Shown: positions 1 through 9,107 of the stretch, one piece after another
Numbering within the stretch: position 1 is the stretch's first letter
How the letters are laid out: the number at the start of each line of letters is the position of its first letter
IMG/VR virus record: IMGVR_UViG_3300000292_000030
Span: 1-39,684 of that record
Strand: one strand, 5' to 3'
Source: a virus
DNA: 39,684 nucleotides
Made by a program: the position numbers and the translations under genes
The notes under the pieces: model-generated
What the model saw: only the letters and a program-made list of their open reading frames with translations
The model's database searches: none
Told to the model about the DNA's origin: nothing

Positions 1-54
1 AAAAAAGAAATGTACATAGATGCTTATAAGAAATGGGAGAATTACAAAGTTGAG
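1..54. repeat. terminal direct repeat identical to 39631..39684 (circular assembly overlap or short terminal redundancy)
   Basis: The string aaaaaagaaatgtacatagatgcttataagaaatgggagaattacaaagttgag occurs at both ends. An ORF reads through the junction without interruption. Confidence 0.9.
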
Positions 55-147
55 AAACCTCAATCTGATGAAGAAACAGAAATAAAATTTAAAATAAATG
101 ATAATGTTAAAGGCAATATAATAAAAAAGTTTACTGAAGTTATGTAA
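1..147 (+). CDS. C-terminal part of a hypothetical protein whose ORF starts at 39427 and crosses the circular junction
   Basis: Frame 1 is open from base 1 to TAA at 145..147. Base 1 is a codon position 1 in the frame of the ORF that starts at ATG 39427. Confidence 0.55.
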   Translation, partial: KKEMYIDAYKKWENYKVEKPQSDEETEIKFKINDNVKGNIIKKFTEVM

Positions 148-156
148 GGTGAAAAT

Positions 157-303
157 ATGAGAAATTTATTACTTAAAATAGGATTAAGAATGGGCTGGGT
201 TACAAGCCCAAGTATCTTATTTGACTTAGCAATGTTAGGTGAGAAATCAACTTACTACGAAAAATACTATAAGAAGTATAAGAAAAGATGTAAATGGCTG
301 TAA
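157..303 (+). CDS. small hypothetical protein (48 aa, basic C-terminus)
   Basis: ATG at 157 is preceded by AAGGTGA. Translation: MRNLLLKIGLRMGWVTSPSILFDLAMLGEKSTYYEKYYKKYKKRCKWL. It falls below the ORF-track cutoff. Confidence 0.3.
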   Translation: MRNLLLKIGLRMGWVTSPSILFDLAMLGEKSTYYEKYYKKYKKRCKWL

Positions 304-406
304 AGCCTTATTTTTATGCCTTTTTATAGTTTGTAGGCGTAAAAGAATAAACTAAAAACTATATTCAAGAAACGGACTTGTAAAAAGTGTAAATATAGGA
401 GGAAAT

Positions 407-1030
407 ATGGAATTTAAAGAATTATTAAAAGCACAAAGCTTAACAGATGAACAAATAAATAACATTACTGCAAAGATGAAAGAAGAAAAAATATATACTA
501 CATCTTTAGAAAATGCAGACGAAAGATATACAAAGTTAAAAGGTCAAAAGGCTGATTTAGATGAACAAATAAAAGCTGCAAATACAACTATAACAGAGTT
601 GAAGAAAAATAATAAAGACAATGAAGCATTGCAACAAACAATACAAGATCATGAAGCTACAATAGAAAATCTGAAAAAAGAATCAGCACAAAAGGATTTT
701 AATTATGCATTAGACAGTGCATTAAAAGACAATAAATGTAAGAATGCTAAGGCTTTAAAAGCTTTACTTGATTTAGACAATATAAAATTTAATGAAGGTA
801 AATTAGAAGGCTTAGAAGGACAATTAACTGCATTGAAGGAAAGCGATGGATATTTATTTGATACATCAAATCCAGCACCAGGAAATACTGGAGGAGCAGG
901 CAATCATCCACGAGTTGGTGGAGGTGCTGGAGAAGTAACAAAGGCAGATTTAATGAAAATGCCTTACAGCAAAAGAGTTGAATTTTTCAACAACAATAAA
1001 GAAGAATTCAACAGATTAATGAATGAATAG
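407..1030 (+). CDS. phage scaffolding protein (GP20-like)
   Basis: Lies immediately upstream of the capsid gene behind a strong SD (AGGAGGAAAT). It is charged and coiled-coil rich with a Gly-rich segment (GNTGGAGNHPRVGGGAG). The N-terminus resembles the Phage_GP20 scaffold family. Confidence 0.7.
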   Translation: MEFKELLKAQSLTDEQINNITAKMKEEKIYTTSLENADERYTKLKGQKADLDEQIKAANTTITELKKNNKDNEALQQTIQDHEATIENLKKESAQKDFNYALDSALKDNKCKNAKALKALLDLDNIKFNEGKLEGLEGQLTALKESDGYLFDTSNPAPGNTGGAGNHPRVGGGAGEVTKADLMKMPYSKRVEFFNNNKEEFNRLMNE

Positions 1031-1044
1031 GAGATGATTGATAT

Positions 1045-2034
1045 ATGGCAACAACAAAATTAGCAGATATTATAAACCCAGAGGTTATGGGTCCAATGAT
1101 AGGTGCAAAAGTAGAAGCACTTTGTAAAATAACACCATATGCAAAAGTTGATACAACATTACAAGGTGTTCCAGGGGATACAAAAACAACACCAAGTTGG
1201 GAATACATAGGAGATGCAGAAGATGTAGCTGAAGGTGAAGAAGTCGGAACAGTAGGATTAAAAGCTGGGTCAACTACTTTTACAATAAAAAAAGCTATGA
1301 AAGCTGTATCTATAACTCAAGAATCTATTAATAGTGGATTAGGTAATCCAGTAGCACAAGCTGAAACTCAATTAGCAAAATCTATAGCTCAAAAAGTTGA
1401 TAATGATGTATTAGATGCTGCTTATACTGGAACTAATAGAGTAGCTGGAGGTACATTAGCTGTAATATCTTACAGTGGTATAGTTGATGCAGTAACACAA
1501 TTCGAAGATGAAGAAGATGGAATAGAAAAGGTTATGTTTATACATCCAAAACAAGAAGCAACTTTACTAAAAGATTCTAACTTTTTATCAGCTGATAAAT
1601 TCACTGCTGGAGTAGCAGTAAACGGAGCTATAGGTAAAATAGCTGGTTGCTGGGTTAAAAAATCTAAAAAAGTTATGTTAGTTCAAGCAGAAAAAAATGA
1701 CAGTGGGACAGTGACTATAACAGAAGATAATTTAGCTGAATATAAAAAGAAAACTTTAGATGGTTCTACTTTAAAAGTAGGCGATAAAGTTAATGCAGTG
1801 GCAGCAGCTAACCAATACTATTTAAATCCAATATTAAAAATGGAGCCAGACAGTCCTGAAACAGAATATACAGAAGATGAATTACCAGCAATAACAATCT
1901 TCCTTAAAAAAGATACTTCTTTAGATCATGAATGGTTCCCTAAAAAACAAATACATGATTTAACAACTGCTAAATACTATGGAGTAGCTAAAACTAACGA
2001 TGCTAAAATAGTACTTGCTAAATTTAAAAAATAA
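1045..2034 (+). CDS. major capsid protein (HK97-fold type)
   Basis: 329 aa, positioned after the scaffold gene. The N-terminal motif ADIINPEVMGPMIGAKVE...AKVDTTLQGVPGDT is typical of Firmicute siphovirus major capsid proteins. Confidence 0.85.
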   Translation: MATTKLADIINPEVMGPMIGAKVEALCKITPYAKVDTTLQGVPGDTKTTPSWEYIGDAEDVAEGEEVGTVGLKAGSTTFTIKKAMKAVSITQESINSGLGNPVAQAETQLAKSIAQKVDNDVLDAAYTGTNRVAGGTLAVISYSGIVDAVTQFEDEEDGIEKVMFIHPKQEATLLKDSNFLSADKFTAGVAVNGAIGKIAGCWVKKSKKVMLVQAEKNDSGTVTITEDNLAEYKKKTLDGSTLKVGDKVNAVAAANQYYLNPILKMEPDSPETEYTEDELPAITIFLKKDTSLDHEWFPKKQIHDLTTAKYYGVAKTNDAKIVLAKFKK

Positions 2035-2049
2035 TAGGACGTGATTTAG

Positions 2050-2298
2050 ATGGATGATTTAGAAATGCTAAAGCTAATTTTAAGGGAGAGTGATTCTCCC
2101 TTTTTTAGCGATGAACAACTCCAATTTTACGCAGAAAAAAATAACTATGACATAAATAAAACTGCTTATGAATGCCTTCTAGCCAAAGCAGAAGATGATA
2201 GTATTGCCTTACCAGGGGGATTAAGCTTGCCGAACAATAAAGAATACTGGTTAAGGCTTGCTAAAAAATACAGACCGAATGGAAGTAAGATCTTATGA
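2050..2298 (+). CDS. head-tail connector protein (gp6-like), putative
   Basis: Small ORF directly after the capsid gene, with translational coupling to the next ORF (ATGA overlap). The call rests on position. Confidence 0.45.
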   Translation: MDDLEMLKLILRESDSPFFSDEQLQFYAEKNNYDINKTAYECLLAKAEDDSIALPGGLSLPNNKEYWLRLAKKYRPNGSKIL

Positions 2299-2675
2299 TA
2301 AATAAAGAAAAAATCAAATCGAAAGTTGAAAAAGCAATAAAAAAGCTCCCTTCTTTAGGAGTGGTTAAGCGAGCTTACACAAATGATTTTGGAGAAAAGT
2401 CAGACTTACTTGAATTAGTATGTGAAATAGAAGGCTTATATCATGAATCAAATAATCAGTATGGCCAAAGTATAACATTGCAAAATAAAGCAGAGGTAAT
2501 AAAAGAAAAAAGTATATATTTTTTAGTTGTATACGATGAGACTGCGAAGCTTATACAGAAAGATGACTATATATATATAAATGGCTATAAATATCAAATT
2601 AAAGATATTGGAAATGTAAATAAAATGGATATTTATGCGGATATGAGATTACAAGAGGTGAGCTACGATGAGTAA
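2295..2675 (+). CDS. head closure / head-tail adaptor protein, putative
   Basis: Position in the head-tail joining cluster; overlaps both neighbours. Confidence 0.45.
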   Translation: MINKEKIKSKVEKAIKKLPSLGVVKRAYTNDFGEKSDLLELVCEIEGLYHESNNQYGQSITLQNKAEVIKEKSIYFLVVYDETAKLIQKDDYIYINGYKYQIKDIGNVNKMDIYADMRLQEVSYDE

Positions 2676-3096
2676 TTTTAGCATGAATATTGACGAGTTA
2701 ATGGATATGTTAGAACAAAAAAGAAATAGAACAAAAGCAGCGCTTGAAATATATGCTAATAGCTCAGCTACAAAACTTCAAAATCACGCAAGAGTAAATA
2801 AACCTTGGACAGATAGGACACATGATGCTAGAAATAGACTTAATGCATCATGGGAATGGAAAAACGAGAATGTATTAAGTATTGCATTATCACACGGAGT
2901 TAATTATGGGATATATCTAGAAAAAGGAACATCACCACATGTTATAACAGGGAATCCTTGGTTGTATTGGCAAGGAGCTAGTCATCCTGTTAAAAAAGTC
3001 AATCACCCTGGTACAAGACCTTATCCAATTATAATGCCAACAATAAATGAAATAGGTCCACAGGTTATGTCTGGACTAAGTATACTTCTAAGGTAG
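2668..3096 (+). CDS. HK97 gp10-like tail/neck component
   Basis: Motifs KPWTDRTHDARNRL and GVNYGIYLEKG, plus size and position, are typical of the HK97-gp10 family. Confidence 0.6.
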   Translation: MSNFSMNIDELMDMLEQKRNRTKAALEIYANSSATKLQNHARVNKPWTDRTHDARNRLNASWEWKNENVLSIALSHGVNYGIYLEKGTSPHVITGNPWLYWQGASHPVKKVNHPGTRPYPIIMPTINEIGPQVMSGLSILLR

Positions 3097-3105
3097 GTGA
3101 GGTTA

Positions 3106-3459
3106 ATGTTTCAGGATTTATATAGATTTCTTAGAACTGGCGGATTAAAAGTGTACTCACTTGGACAACAGGATAAAATTTGCACAGACCCATTTGTATT
3201 GATTTATGAAGCTGGAACAGAAGATACTTCAAGTAGTAAGAATCTAAAAAAAGAAAGCATAGAGTTATGGGTATTTTATCCTTTTAATGAATACTCAAAG
3301 GTTGAGGATTATATAAAACAAGTTGAAAATACAATAAAAAAATTCGGCAAACTAAGAAAAAATTATGATAAGTATGCAATAGAAATTGATAATGATATGA
3401 AAGCATATTATACAAAACTTTCGTATTTCAGATATGTATATAGAGAAGGAGGTAGATAA
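3106..3459 (+). CDS. tail completion / tail terminator protein, putative
   Basis: The ORF track starts at GTG 3097, directly after the upstream TAG. ATG 3106 has the SD-like AAGGTAGG 8 nt upstream and is preferred. Function is inferred from position before the major tail gene. Confidence 0.45.
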   Translation: MFQDLYRFLRTGGLKVYSLGQQDKICTDPFVLIYEAGTEDTSSSKNLKKESIELWVFYPFNEYSKVEDYIKQVENTIKKFGKLRKNYDKYAIEIDNDMKAYYTKLSYFRYVYREGGR

Positions 3460-3461
3460 AT

Positions 3462-4034
3462 ATGGCAGCTACAGTAAAAAAGATAAATCAAATGCCACTA
3501 TCAGATGTATCATTGGTTAGAGTTGTAACTGAAACTGATATTTTTAGTTTCAAAACTTCTGATGAAATTTCAACAGAAGAAGTGGTTTCAGAAGGCGAAG
3601 AACAAACTCTTAAGCTAAAGGGTGAAATATATGCAAATAGAGAAGCTAAAGATACTGTACTTGGTTATGACTTAACTTGCAAAGACAATGTAATGTGTCC
3701 TGAGCTTCTTAAAGTTATTCAAGGAGGTACTATCGAATACGATACAGATGGAAAAACTTTTAAAAAATATACAGCGCCACCAGTAGGACAAAATGCATCA
3801 AAAACATCGTTTGATGTTGAAGTTTATTCTGCAGAAGTAGGAACAGATGGAGACACTGGAAACTTTTCAAAAGTGACATTCCCAAGTTGTAAAGGAAAAT
3901 CAGTGCCTTTAAGTTTTAAAGATGGTGAATATTATTCAAATGAATATACTATTCAATCAAGACCAGAGAAAGGAACTGCACCTTATACAATAGAAAAAGT
4001 AACTGCTTTACCAAATGATACAGTATCAGAATGA
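3462..4034 (+). CDS. major tail protein
   Basis: 190 aa, strong SD (GGAGGTAGATAAAT), lies just upstream of the chaperone pair and tape measure, and is followed by a partial hairpin at about 4090..4118. Confidence 0.7.
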   Translation: MAATVKKINQMPLSDVSLVRVVTETDIFSFKTSDEISTEEVVSEGEEQTLKLKGEIYANREAKDTVLGYDLTCKDNVMCPELLKVIQGGTIEYDTDGKTFKKYTAPPVGQNASKTSFDVEVYSAEVGTDGDTGNFSKVTFPSCKGKSVPLSFKDGEYYSNEYTIQSRPEKGTAPYTIEKVTALPNDTVSE

Positions 4035-4142
4035 ACAAATGATATAGAAGAAAATAAGATTGTAGAAGAAAATAATGTTATAGATGAAATAGACCTCTCT
4101 AAATAATTTTAGAGGGGTTTTTATTATGAAAGGAAATAGATA

Positions 4143-4592
4143 ATGGAAAATTTACAAGTAACAAGTTTAGAAAAATTAAAAAGAGTAAAACAAACTCAGA
4201 TAGTAAGTTTAGGTAAGTTTGAAGATGGAACAGAACTTATAGCTGAGCTAAAAAGACCAGATATGCTAGCTTTTATAACAGAAGGTAAAATACCTAATAC
4301 TCTTTTACAAGAAGCAGCAGAAGTATTTAACGGGAAAACTGAAACTGTAAACAAAGCAACTATAGAAGGAGATGTTACAGCTTTAAAACAGTTAGGAGAG
4401 CTATTAGAGTTTTTATGTGAAGAAACATTAGTAAATCCAAGCTATAAAGAAATAAAAGAAATAGGTATAACGCTACCACTAGAAATGAAAACAACAATTC
4501 TTACTTATGTTCAAGCTGGAATTGACGGGCTAAAAAGCTTTCGTAAAGAGCAAGAACGTATTGAGAATAATCAATCAGTCGGAGAAATATAG
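4143..4592 (+). CDS. tail assembly chaperone (gpG-like)
   Basis: Acidic 149-aa ORF immediately upstream of the tape measure, overlapped at its 3' end by a second ORF. This is the classical G/GT arrangement. Confidence 0.7.
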   Translation: MENLQVTSLEKLKRVKQTQIVSLGKFEDGTELIAELKRPDMLAFITEGKIPNTLLQEAAEVFNGKTETVNKATIEGDVTALKQLGELLEFLCEETLVNPSYKEIKEIGITLPLEMKTTILTYVQAGIDGLKSFRKEQERIENNQSVGEI

Positions 4593-4791
4593 AAGATTAC
4601 CAAGTGAAATAGCAAGAATAAAAGATGAGTACGTGGCTTTTTGCTTTGATGAAGCTTGTATGTATATATCATGCCAACTTGAAGAAAAGAAAAAACCACG
4701 ATGGAGTGAAGATCTAATAGACCAAGAAACAGGAAAGAAAAAAACATTTATATCAGAAGCATGGAAAAAACAAAGAAAGGAGGTTAAATAA
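4561..4791 (+). CDS. tail assembly chaperone frameshift extension (gpT-like); probably expressed only as a fusion with 4143..4592
   Basis: No SD and no ATG. The frame is open from 4534, is +1 relative to the upstream ORF, and ends with TAATG coupling to the tape measure start. Confidence 0.55.
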   Translation: MRIINQSEKYRRLPSEIARIKDEYVAFCFDEACMYISCQLEEKKKPRWSEDLIDQETGKKKTFISEAWKKQRKEVK

Positions 4792-7700
4792 TGCCGGATA
4801 CAAACTTAGGAACTGCAACAGGCTATTTAAATCTTGATATACAAAACTGGAATAATGCATTAGATGATGCTAGAGAAAGTTTACGAGAGTTTGAAAATAG
4901 TTCTAGTTCTATGGGTGATACATTAAGAAATACACAACAAGCTACAAATGGAGTAAGCGATGCATTACGAAGTACAAGCGATTCAGCTAGTAGGGCAAGA
5001 AGCGCTTTTGATAGTGTTAGACAAGTAACTAGCAGTACAAGTAATGCCTTTGACGATATTACAAGTTCAGCATCTAGAACTAGAAGTGAATTTAGTAGAA
5101 CAACTCGTGAAGCTCAAAGATTCGAAAGACAAATGCAAAGACTAGAATATGAGCTAGGCGGAGAAGTACCGCAAGCGACACGAGAAGCATATCAAGAAAT
5201 GTATAGGCTTAGAGGTGAAGTAAGAAATGCAAGAAGATACTACGGAAGCTATTCACAAGAAGCTATGCAAGCGAGAAATGCAATGACAGAGTTCGCGCTA
5301 AGTTTAGATGACAATACATTTAGACAGATTTATATGAGAGGACAATTAGGCCTTACAGAGAGACAGCTACAGACACAAGCTAATAGTATAAGACTTAACG
5401 CGAGAATGACTAGCTTAATGGGAGACCAAACTCAAATATTAACACAACGTATGCAAGGTTTACAAGACCATGGAATAAGACCTGAGATGTTATTACCCCC
5501 ATCTACACCAGGACAATTTAGGCTTTTATCAGAAGCTATGGACTTAGGAGTTTCACCGCTAAATCGTCTATCAAGTGGGTATAGAAGATTAGGTGGTAGA
5601 GTTGAAGGAGTTATAAAAAAATATTCAGCTCAAAAAGTTGCAGTAAGAGCAGCACAAGGCTCAATGGTAAGATACGGATTGATAATGAGAAACTTAACGA
5701 CTGGGACTGCTAACTTAGGACTTGCAATTCCTATTGTTGGAGCTGCCGCAATTGCTGCTTATGGAGTGTTATTTAGTGCAGCTATGAAAGCGGACGAAGG
5801 ATTACAAAAACTATGGGATACTACAAAAAACAAATTAGCAAAAGCTTTCGAGCCTTTAATAGAAACTGCCGGGCAAGTCTTAGAAGTAGGGATGAAAGTT
5901 GTTGGAGTAATAGCTGACTGGATTGCAAAATTTAATGAAGCACATCCAATAATTGCAAAAGTAGCTAGTGTAGTTGCATTGTTAGCTCCCGCAATGACAT
6001 TATTATTATTACCTCTTTCTATGGGCGTAGGATTATGGAGTGGTTGGTTGGTTGCCCTCAATGGTGCTTGGACCATGATTGGCGGAGTTGTGGCAATGAT
6101 AGGAACTGCTACCTCGACATTTTTTGCTTTTGCCATACCTATTGCCGCAGTAACCGCTGGACTTATTCATCTTTATAAGACTAATGAAACATTTAGAACT
6201 ACTGTAAATAATGCTTGGCAATCGGTTAAGGAAAAAGCTGCAGATGTATTCGGAACACTTGAAAAGTATTTTACAGAAACTATTCCGAACGCATATAAAA
6301 AAGGTGGTATAAAAGGAGTTTTAGATCAATTCGCGGATACATTCAAAAGCGGATTAGATAAGGTAAAATCATCACTACCTCAATGGCTAGAAAACGGTAA
6401 AAGTATGGCTAGTAACCTTGCACAAGGAATTAATCAAGGTTTACCAGCTTTACAGGCAAAAGCAAGCGAAATGATATCAAACTTAGTAGCAGGAGTTTTA
6501 AAAGTAGCTCCAAAATTAATAGAAACTGCAGGACAATTAATTCAAGCATGGTTAAAAATGTGGAGTAACAATGTAACACTATTTTTAGATGCTGGATTTA
6601 AATTACTTGAAATGATTATGCAAGGTATAGCACAGGCATTACCAGTGTTAATCGAAACTATAGTAAACGTTATATCTACAGTAATAAATATTATAGCTGA
6701 GAATCTACCAAAAATAATAGAAGCGGGAGCATACATCATAACTGCGCTTGTAAATGGTATAAGTCAAAACCTACCAGCTATAGTTGATATAATAACAAAT
6801 ACTCTGAGTTCTATAGTGAATATCATATTAGAGAATCTACCGCTAATAATTGAAGCAGCAGCACAAATTATAACAACCTTAGCAGTTGCATTGATAGAAA
6901 ATCTACCAACATTATTAGAAGCTGCAGTAAAATTAGTTATTGAAATTGCTAGATGCATATTAGAGAATTTACCGCTAATAATTGAAGCTGGTATCCAACT
7001 TGTAATAGCATTAGGACAGGCAATAATACAAGCATTACCACAGATAGTTGCAGCAATTGGAGAGCTATTTATTGGAATCTTAGAAGTAATTGCGGAGGAG
7101 ATAGGTAAATTAGGCCAATTTTTATTAGATAAAGCTATGGAAATAGTCCCTCAAATTCAAAGTAAAATATCAGAACTATGGGAACAAATAAAGATAACGG
7201 TAACAGAAAAAGCTACAGAGTTATGGAATTCTATAACACAATGGGCAAATAGTGTATATAGTAGCGCATCAAGTTGGATTAGCAATTTGATATCATCAAT
7301 AGGTACGTGGTTAAGTGGCTTACCAGGAAAAGTAGGCTATGCATTAGGGTTTGTATTAGGAGCCATAACTAGCTGGGGAATTAATACATATAACTATTTT
7401 GCTACAAATATACCGATGTGGATTAACTCAATAGGAAACTGGTTCTCTCAATTGCCTTCCAAGATAGGTAAATGGCTTACAGATACATATAGCAGAGTAA
7501 CTCAATGGGGTAGTAATATGTTATCAAAAGCGCAAGAAACTGGTAGTCGATTTATAAGTAATACTATAAATTGGTTTCAACAATTACCAGGAAAGGTATG
7601 GAATTTCCTAAGCAATACTTACAGCAAAGCAACTCAATGGGCATCACAAATGATTGCGAAAGCACAACAAGCTGGAAGTCAATTTGTAAGTAAAGTAGGA

Positions 7701-8336
7701 AGTGCATTATCAACATTGCCAGGGCGAGTATGGTCATTTTTATCTAGCTGTATATCAAAAGCAATTAGCTTTGCATCGCAATTTGGAGCGCAAGGTCAAA
7801 AAGCAGCTAATGATTTTAAAAATAAAATAATAAACGGAGTTAATTCTATCCCTGGCAAAATGGCAAGTATAGGTAAACAAATAGTACAAGGTATATGGAG
7901 AGGTATATCTGGAGCTGGAAGTTGGCTTAGAACTCAAATATCTAATTTTGCCAGTGGAGTAGTAAAAGGATTCAAGGCTGGATTTAAGATTAATTCACCA
8001 AGTAAAATTATGCGAGATATAATCGGTGTTGGTATAGTAGAAGGTATTGGTGTCGGGATAGATCAAGAGGAAAATAGTTTGCTTGGAAAAGCTAAAAATC
8101 TAGCTAATAGTGTAGTTGGTGTTATGAATAACAATGCAACTACAATGGATTTAATAGGTACTGCTAAAGGATTAACTGGTAATATTGGTGCTGTAACTCA
8201 AACAACACAAAATAATACAAGTAATGCTATAAATATAAATATAAATAATCCTTGTATAAATGATAAAATAGATATAGAAACTCTAGCAAATGACCTAGCA
8301 TTCTATCTAAAAAGAAAAAAAGTATTAACAGTATAA
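4791..8336 (+). CDS. tape measure protein
   Basis: 1181 aa with a central hydrophobic/TM block and long helical repeats (ENLPxIIEA x6; W-rich repeats QWxSxM). The C-terminal NSPSKIMRD motif is typical of tape measure proteins. Confidence 0.9.
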   Translation: MPDTNLGTATGYLNLDIQNWNNALDDARESLREFENSSSSMGDTLRNTQQATNGVSDALRSTSDSASRARSAFDSVRQVTSSTSNAFDDITSSASRTRSEFSRTTREAQRFERQMQRLEYELGGEVPQATREAYQEMYRLRGEVRNARRYYGSYSQEAMQARNAMTEFALSLDDNTFRQIYMRGQLGLTERQLQTQANSIRLNARMTSLMGDQTQILTQRMQGLQDHGIRPEMLLPPSTPGQFRLLSEAMDLGVSPLNRLSSGYRRLGGRVEGVIKKYSAQKVAVRAAQGSMVRYGLIMRNLTTGTANLGLAIPIVGAAAIAAYGVLFSAAMKADEGLQKLWDTTKNKLAKAFEPLIETAGQVLEVGMKVVGVIADWIAKFNEAHPIIAKVASVVALLAPAMTLLLLPLSMGVGLWSGWLVALNGAWTMIGGVVAMIGTATSTFFAFAIPIAAVTAGLIHLYKTNETFRTTVNNAWQSVKEKAADVFGTLEKYFTETIPNAYKKGGIKGVLDQFADTFKSGLDKVKSSLPQWLENGKSMASNLAQGINQGLPALQAKASEMISNLVAGVLKVAPKLIETAGQLIQAWLKMWSNNVTLFLDAGFKLLEMIMQGIAQALPVLIETIVNVISTVINIIAENLPKIIEAGAYIITALVNGISQNLPAIVDIITNTLSSIVNIILENLPLIIEAAAQIITTLAVALIENLPTLLEAAVKLVIEIARCILENLPLIIEAGIQLVIALGQAIIQALPQIVAAIGELFIGILEVIAEEIGKLGQFLLDKAMEIVPQIQSKISELWEQIKITVTEKATELWNSITQWANSVYSSASSWISNLISSIGTWLSGLPGKVGYALGFVLGAITSWGINTYNYFATNIPMWINSIGNWFSQLPSKIGKWLTDTYSRVTQWGSNMLSKAQETGSRFISNTINWFQQLPGKVWNFLSNTYSKATQWASQMIAKAQQAGSQFVSKVGSALSTLPGRVWSFLSSCISKAISFASQFGAQGQKAANDFKNKIINGVNSIPGKMASIGKQIVQGIWRGISGAGSWLRTQISNFASGVVKGFKAGFKINSPSKIMRDIIGVGIVEGIGVGIDQEENSLLGKAKNLANSVVGVMNNNATTMDLIGTAKGLTGNIGAVTQTTQNNTSNAINININNPCINDKIDIETLANDLAFYLKRKKVLTV

Positions 8337-8348
8337 GGAGGTGTAGAA

Positions 8349-9107
8349 ATGGAATTTACAGAATATAAAGACCCGATAGTTTTATATTTAGACGATAAAC
8401 CGAGTACAGATTATGGAATAAAGGTGTATGAAAGTAATATCCTTTCTGCGCCTTCTAAAAAATTAGAGTTTGTTGAAATAGAAGGAAGAGACGGAGCACT
8501 AACAATAGACAATGGATATGAAGATTTTGTATTAACACTTGGTTGTGTGCTTGTAAATAATAATAGCAAAGTTGAAACTACTCCAGCATTAGCAAGAAGG
8601 GCAAAGAAATTCCTTCTTAACGGAGCAAATAGAAAGATACAATTAAGTGAGGACATGGGTTTTTATCTATTAGGGACTTATAATTCTGATGTTGACATAG
8701 AAGAAGCAATTGAAAACTTTGGATTGTTCCAGGCACAATTCAGATGCAAGCCTTATAGATTCTCTAATAGTAATAAAACAGTAGAGATAACTACTAAAAA
8801 TACTGTAATAAAAAATGATGAATATAAAACCAAGCCTGTTATTGATGTGTATGCAACAGGAGACATAACTATCAATATAAATAATCAAGAAGTTGTTTTA
8901 AAAGCCTTAGAAGGACATATACAACTTGATTGTGAAAAAATGAATGCAACTACTGTTAATTCGCTTGGAAAAATAGTAAATGCAAATCAGAAAATGTATA
9001 GTGATTTTCCTGTTTTAGAAGAAGGTAATAACAATATAACTTGGACTATAGGAACAGGCGCTAGTTTTACTAAAATAATAATAAATTATAGAATGGCGGT
9101 GATATAG
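8349..9107 (+). CDS. distal tail protein (Dit, Sipho_tail family)
   Basis: 252 aa directly after the tape measure, with motif LEFVEIEGRDGAL. Conserved TMP-Dit-Tal order. Confidence 0.75.
   Translation: MEFTEYKDPIVLYLDDKPSTDYGIKVYESNILSAPSKKLEFVEIEGRDGALTIDNGYEDFVLTLGCVLVNNNSKVETTPALARRAKKFLLNGANRKIQLSEDMGFYLLGTYNSDVDIEEAIENFGLFQAQFRCKPYRFSNSNKTVEITTKNTVIKNDEYKTKPVIDVYATGDITININNQEVVLKALEGHIQLDCEKMNATTVNSLGKIVNANQKMYSDFPVLEEGNNNITWTIGTGASFTKIIINYRMAVI

Noticed and set aside
304-406. The CGTAAAAG motif upstream of the scaffold gene (about 338..345), which resembles the core of the 33300 repeats and could mark a shared late-promoter element.
   Set aside because: The match is only 8 nt. That is expected about once by chance in this AT-rich genome on two strands, and the flanking bases of the 17-mer are not shared.
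4035-4106. An in-frame 23-codon stop-free extension after the TGA of the major tail protein (TNDIEENKIVEENNVIDEIDLSK), which could suggest a read-through tail variant.
   Set aside because: A stretch of 23 codons without a stop is not unusual by chance even in AT-rich DNA. It also runs into the hairpin at about 4090..4118. There is no supporting signal.
5759-6221. Minus-strand ORFs inside the tape measure gene. The same applies to 6542..6958, 12862..13191, 15448..15780, 22190..22525, 27696..27977 and 37820..38209.
   Set aside because: All are antisense to long, motif-supported plus-strand genes. They lack SDs and have shadow-ORF composition. There is no independent support.
6640-7060. DNA-level repeats (gagaatctaccgctaataattgaagc-type) in the tape measure gene.
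   Set aside because: They encode the periodic ENLPxIIEA helical repeats typical of tape measure proteins. They are a length-determining structural feature rather than an independent element.
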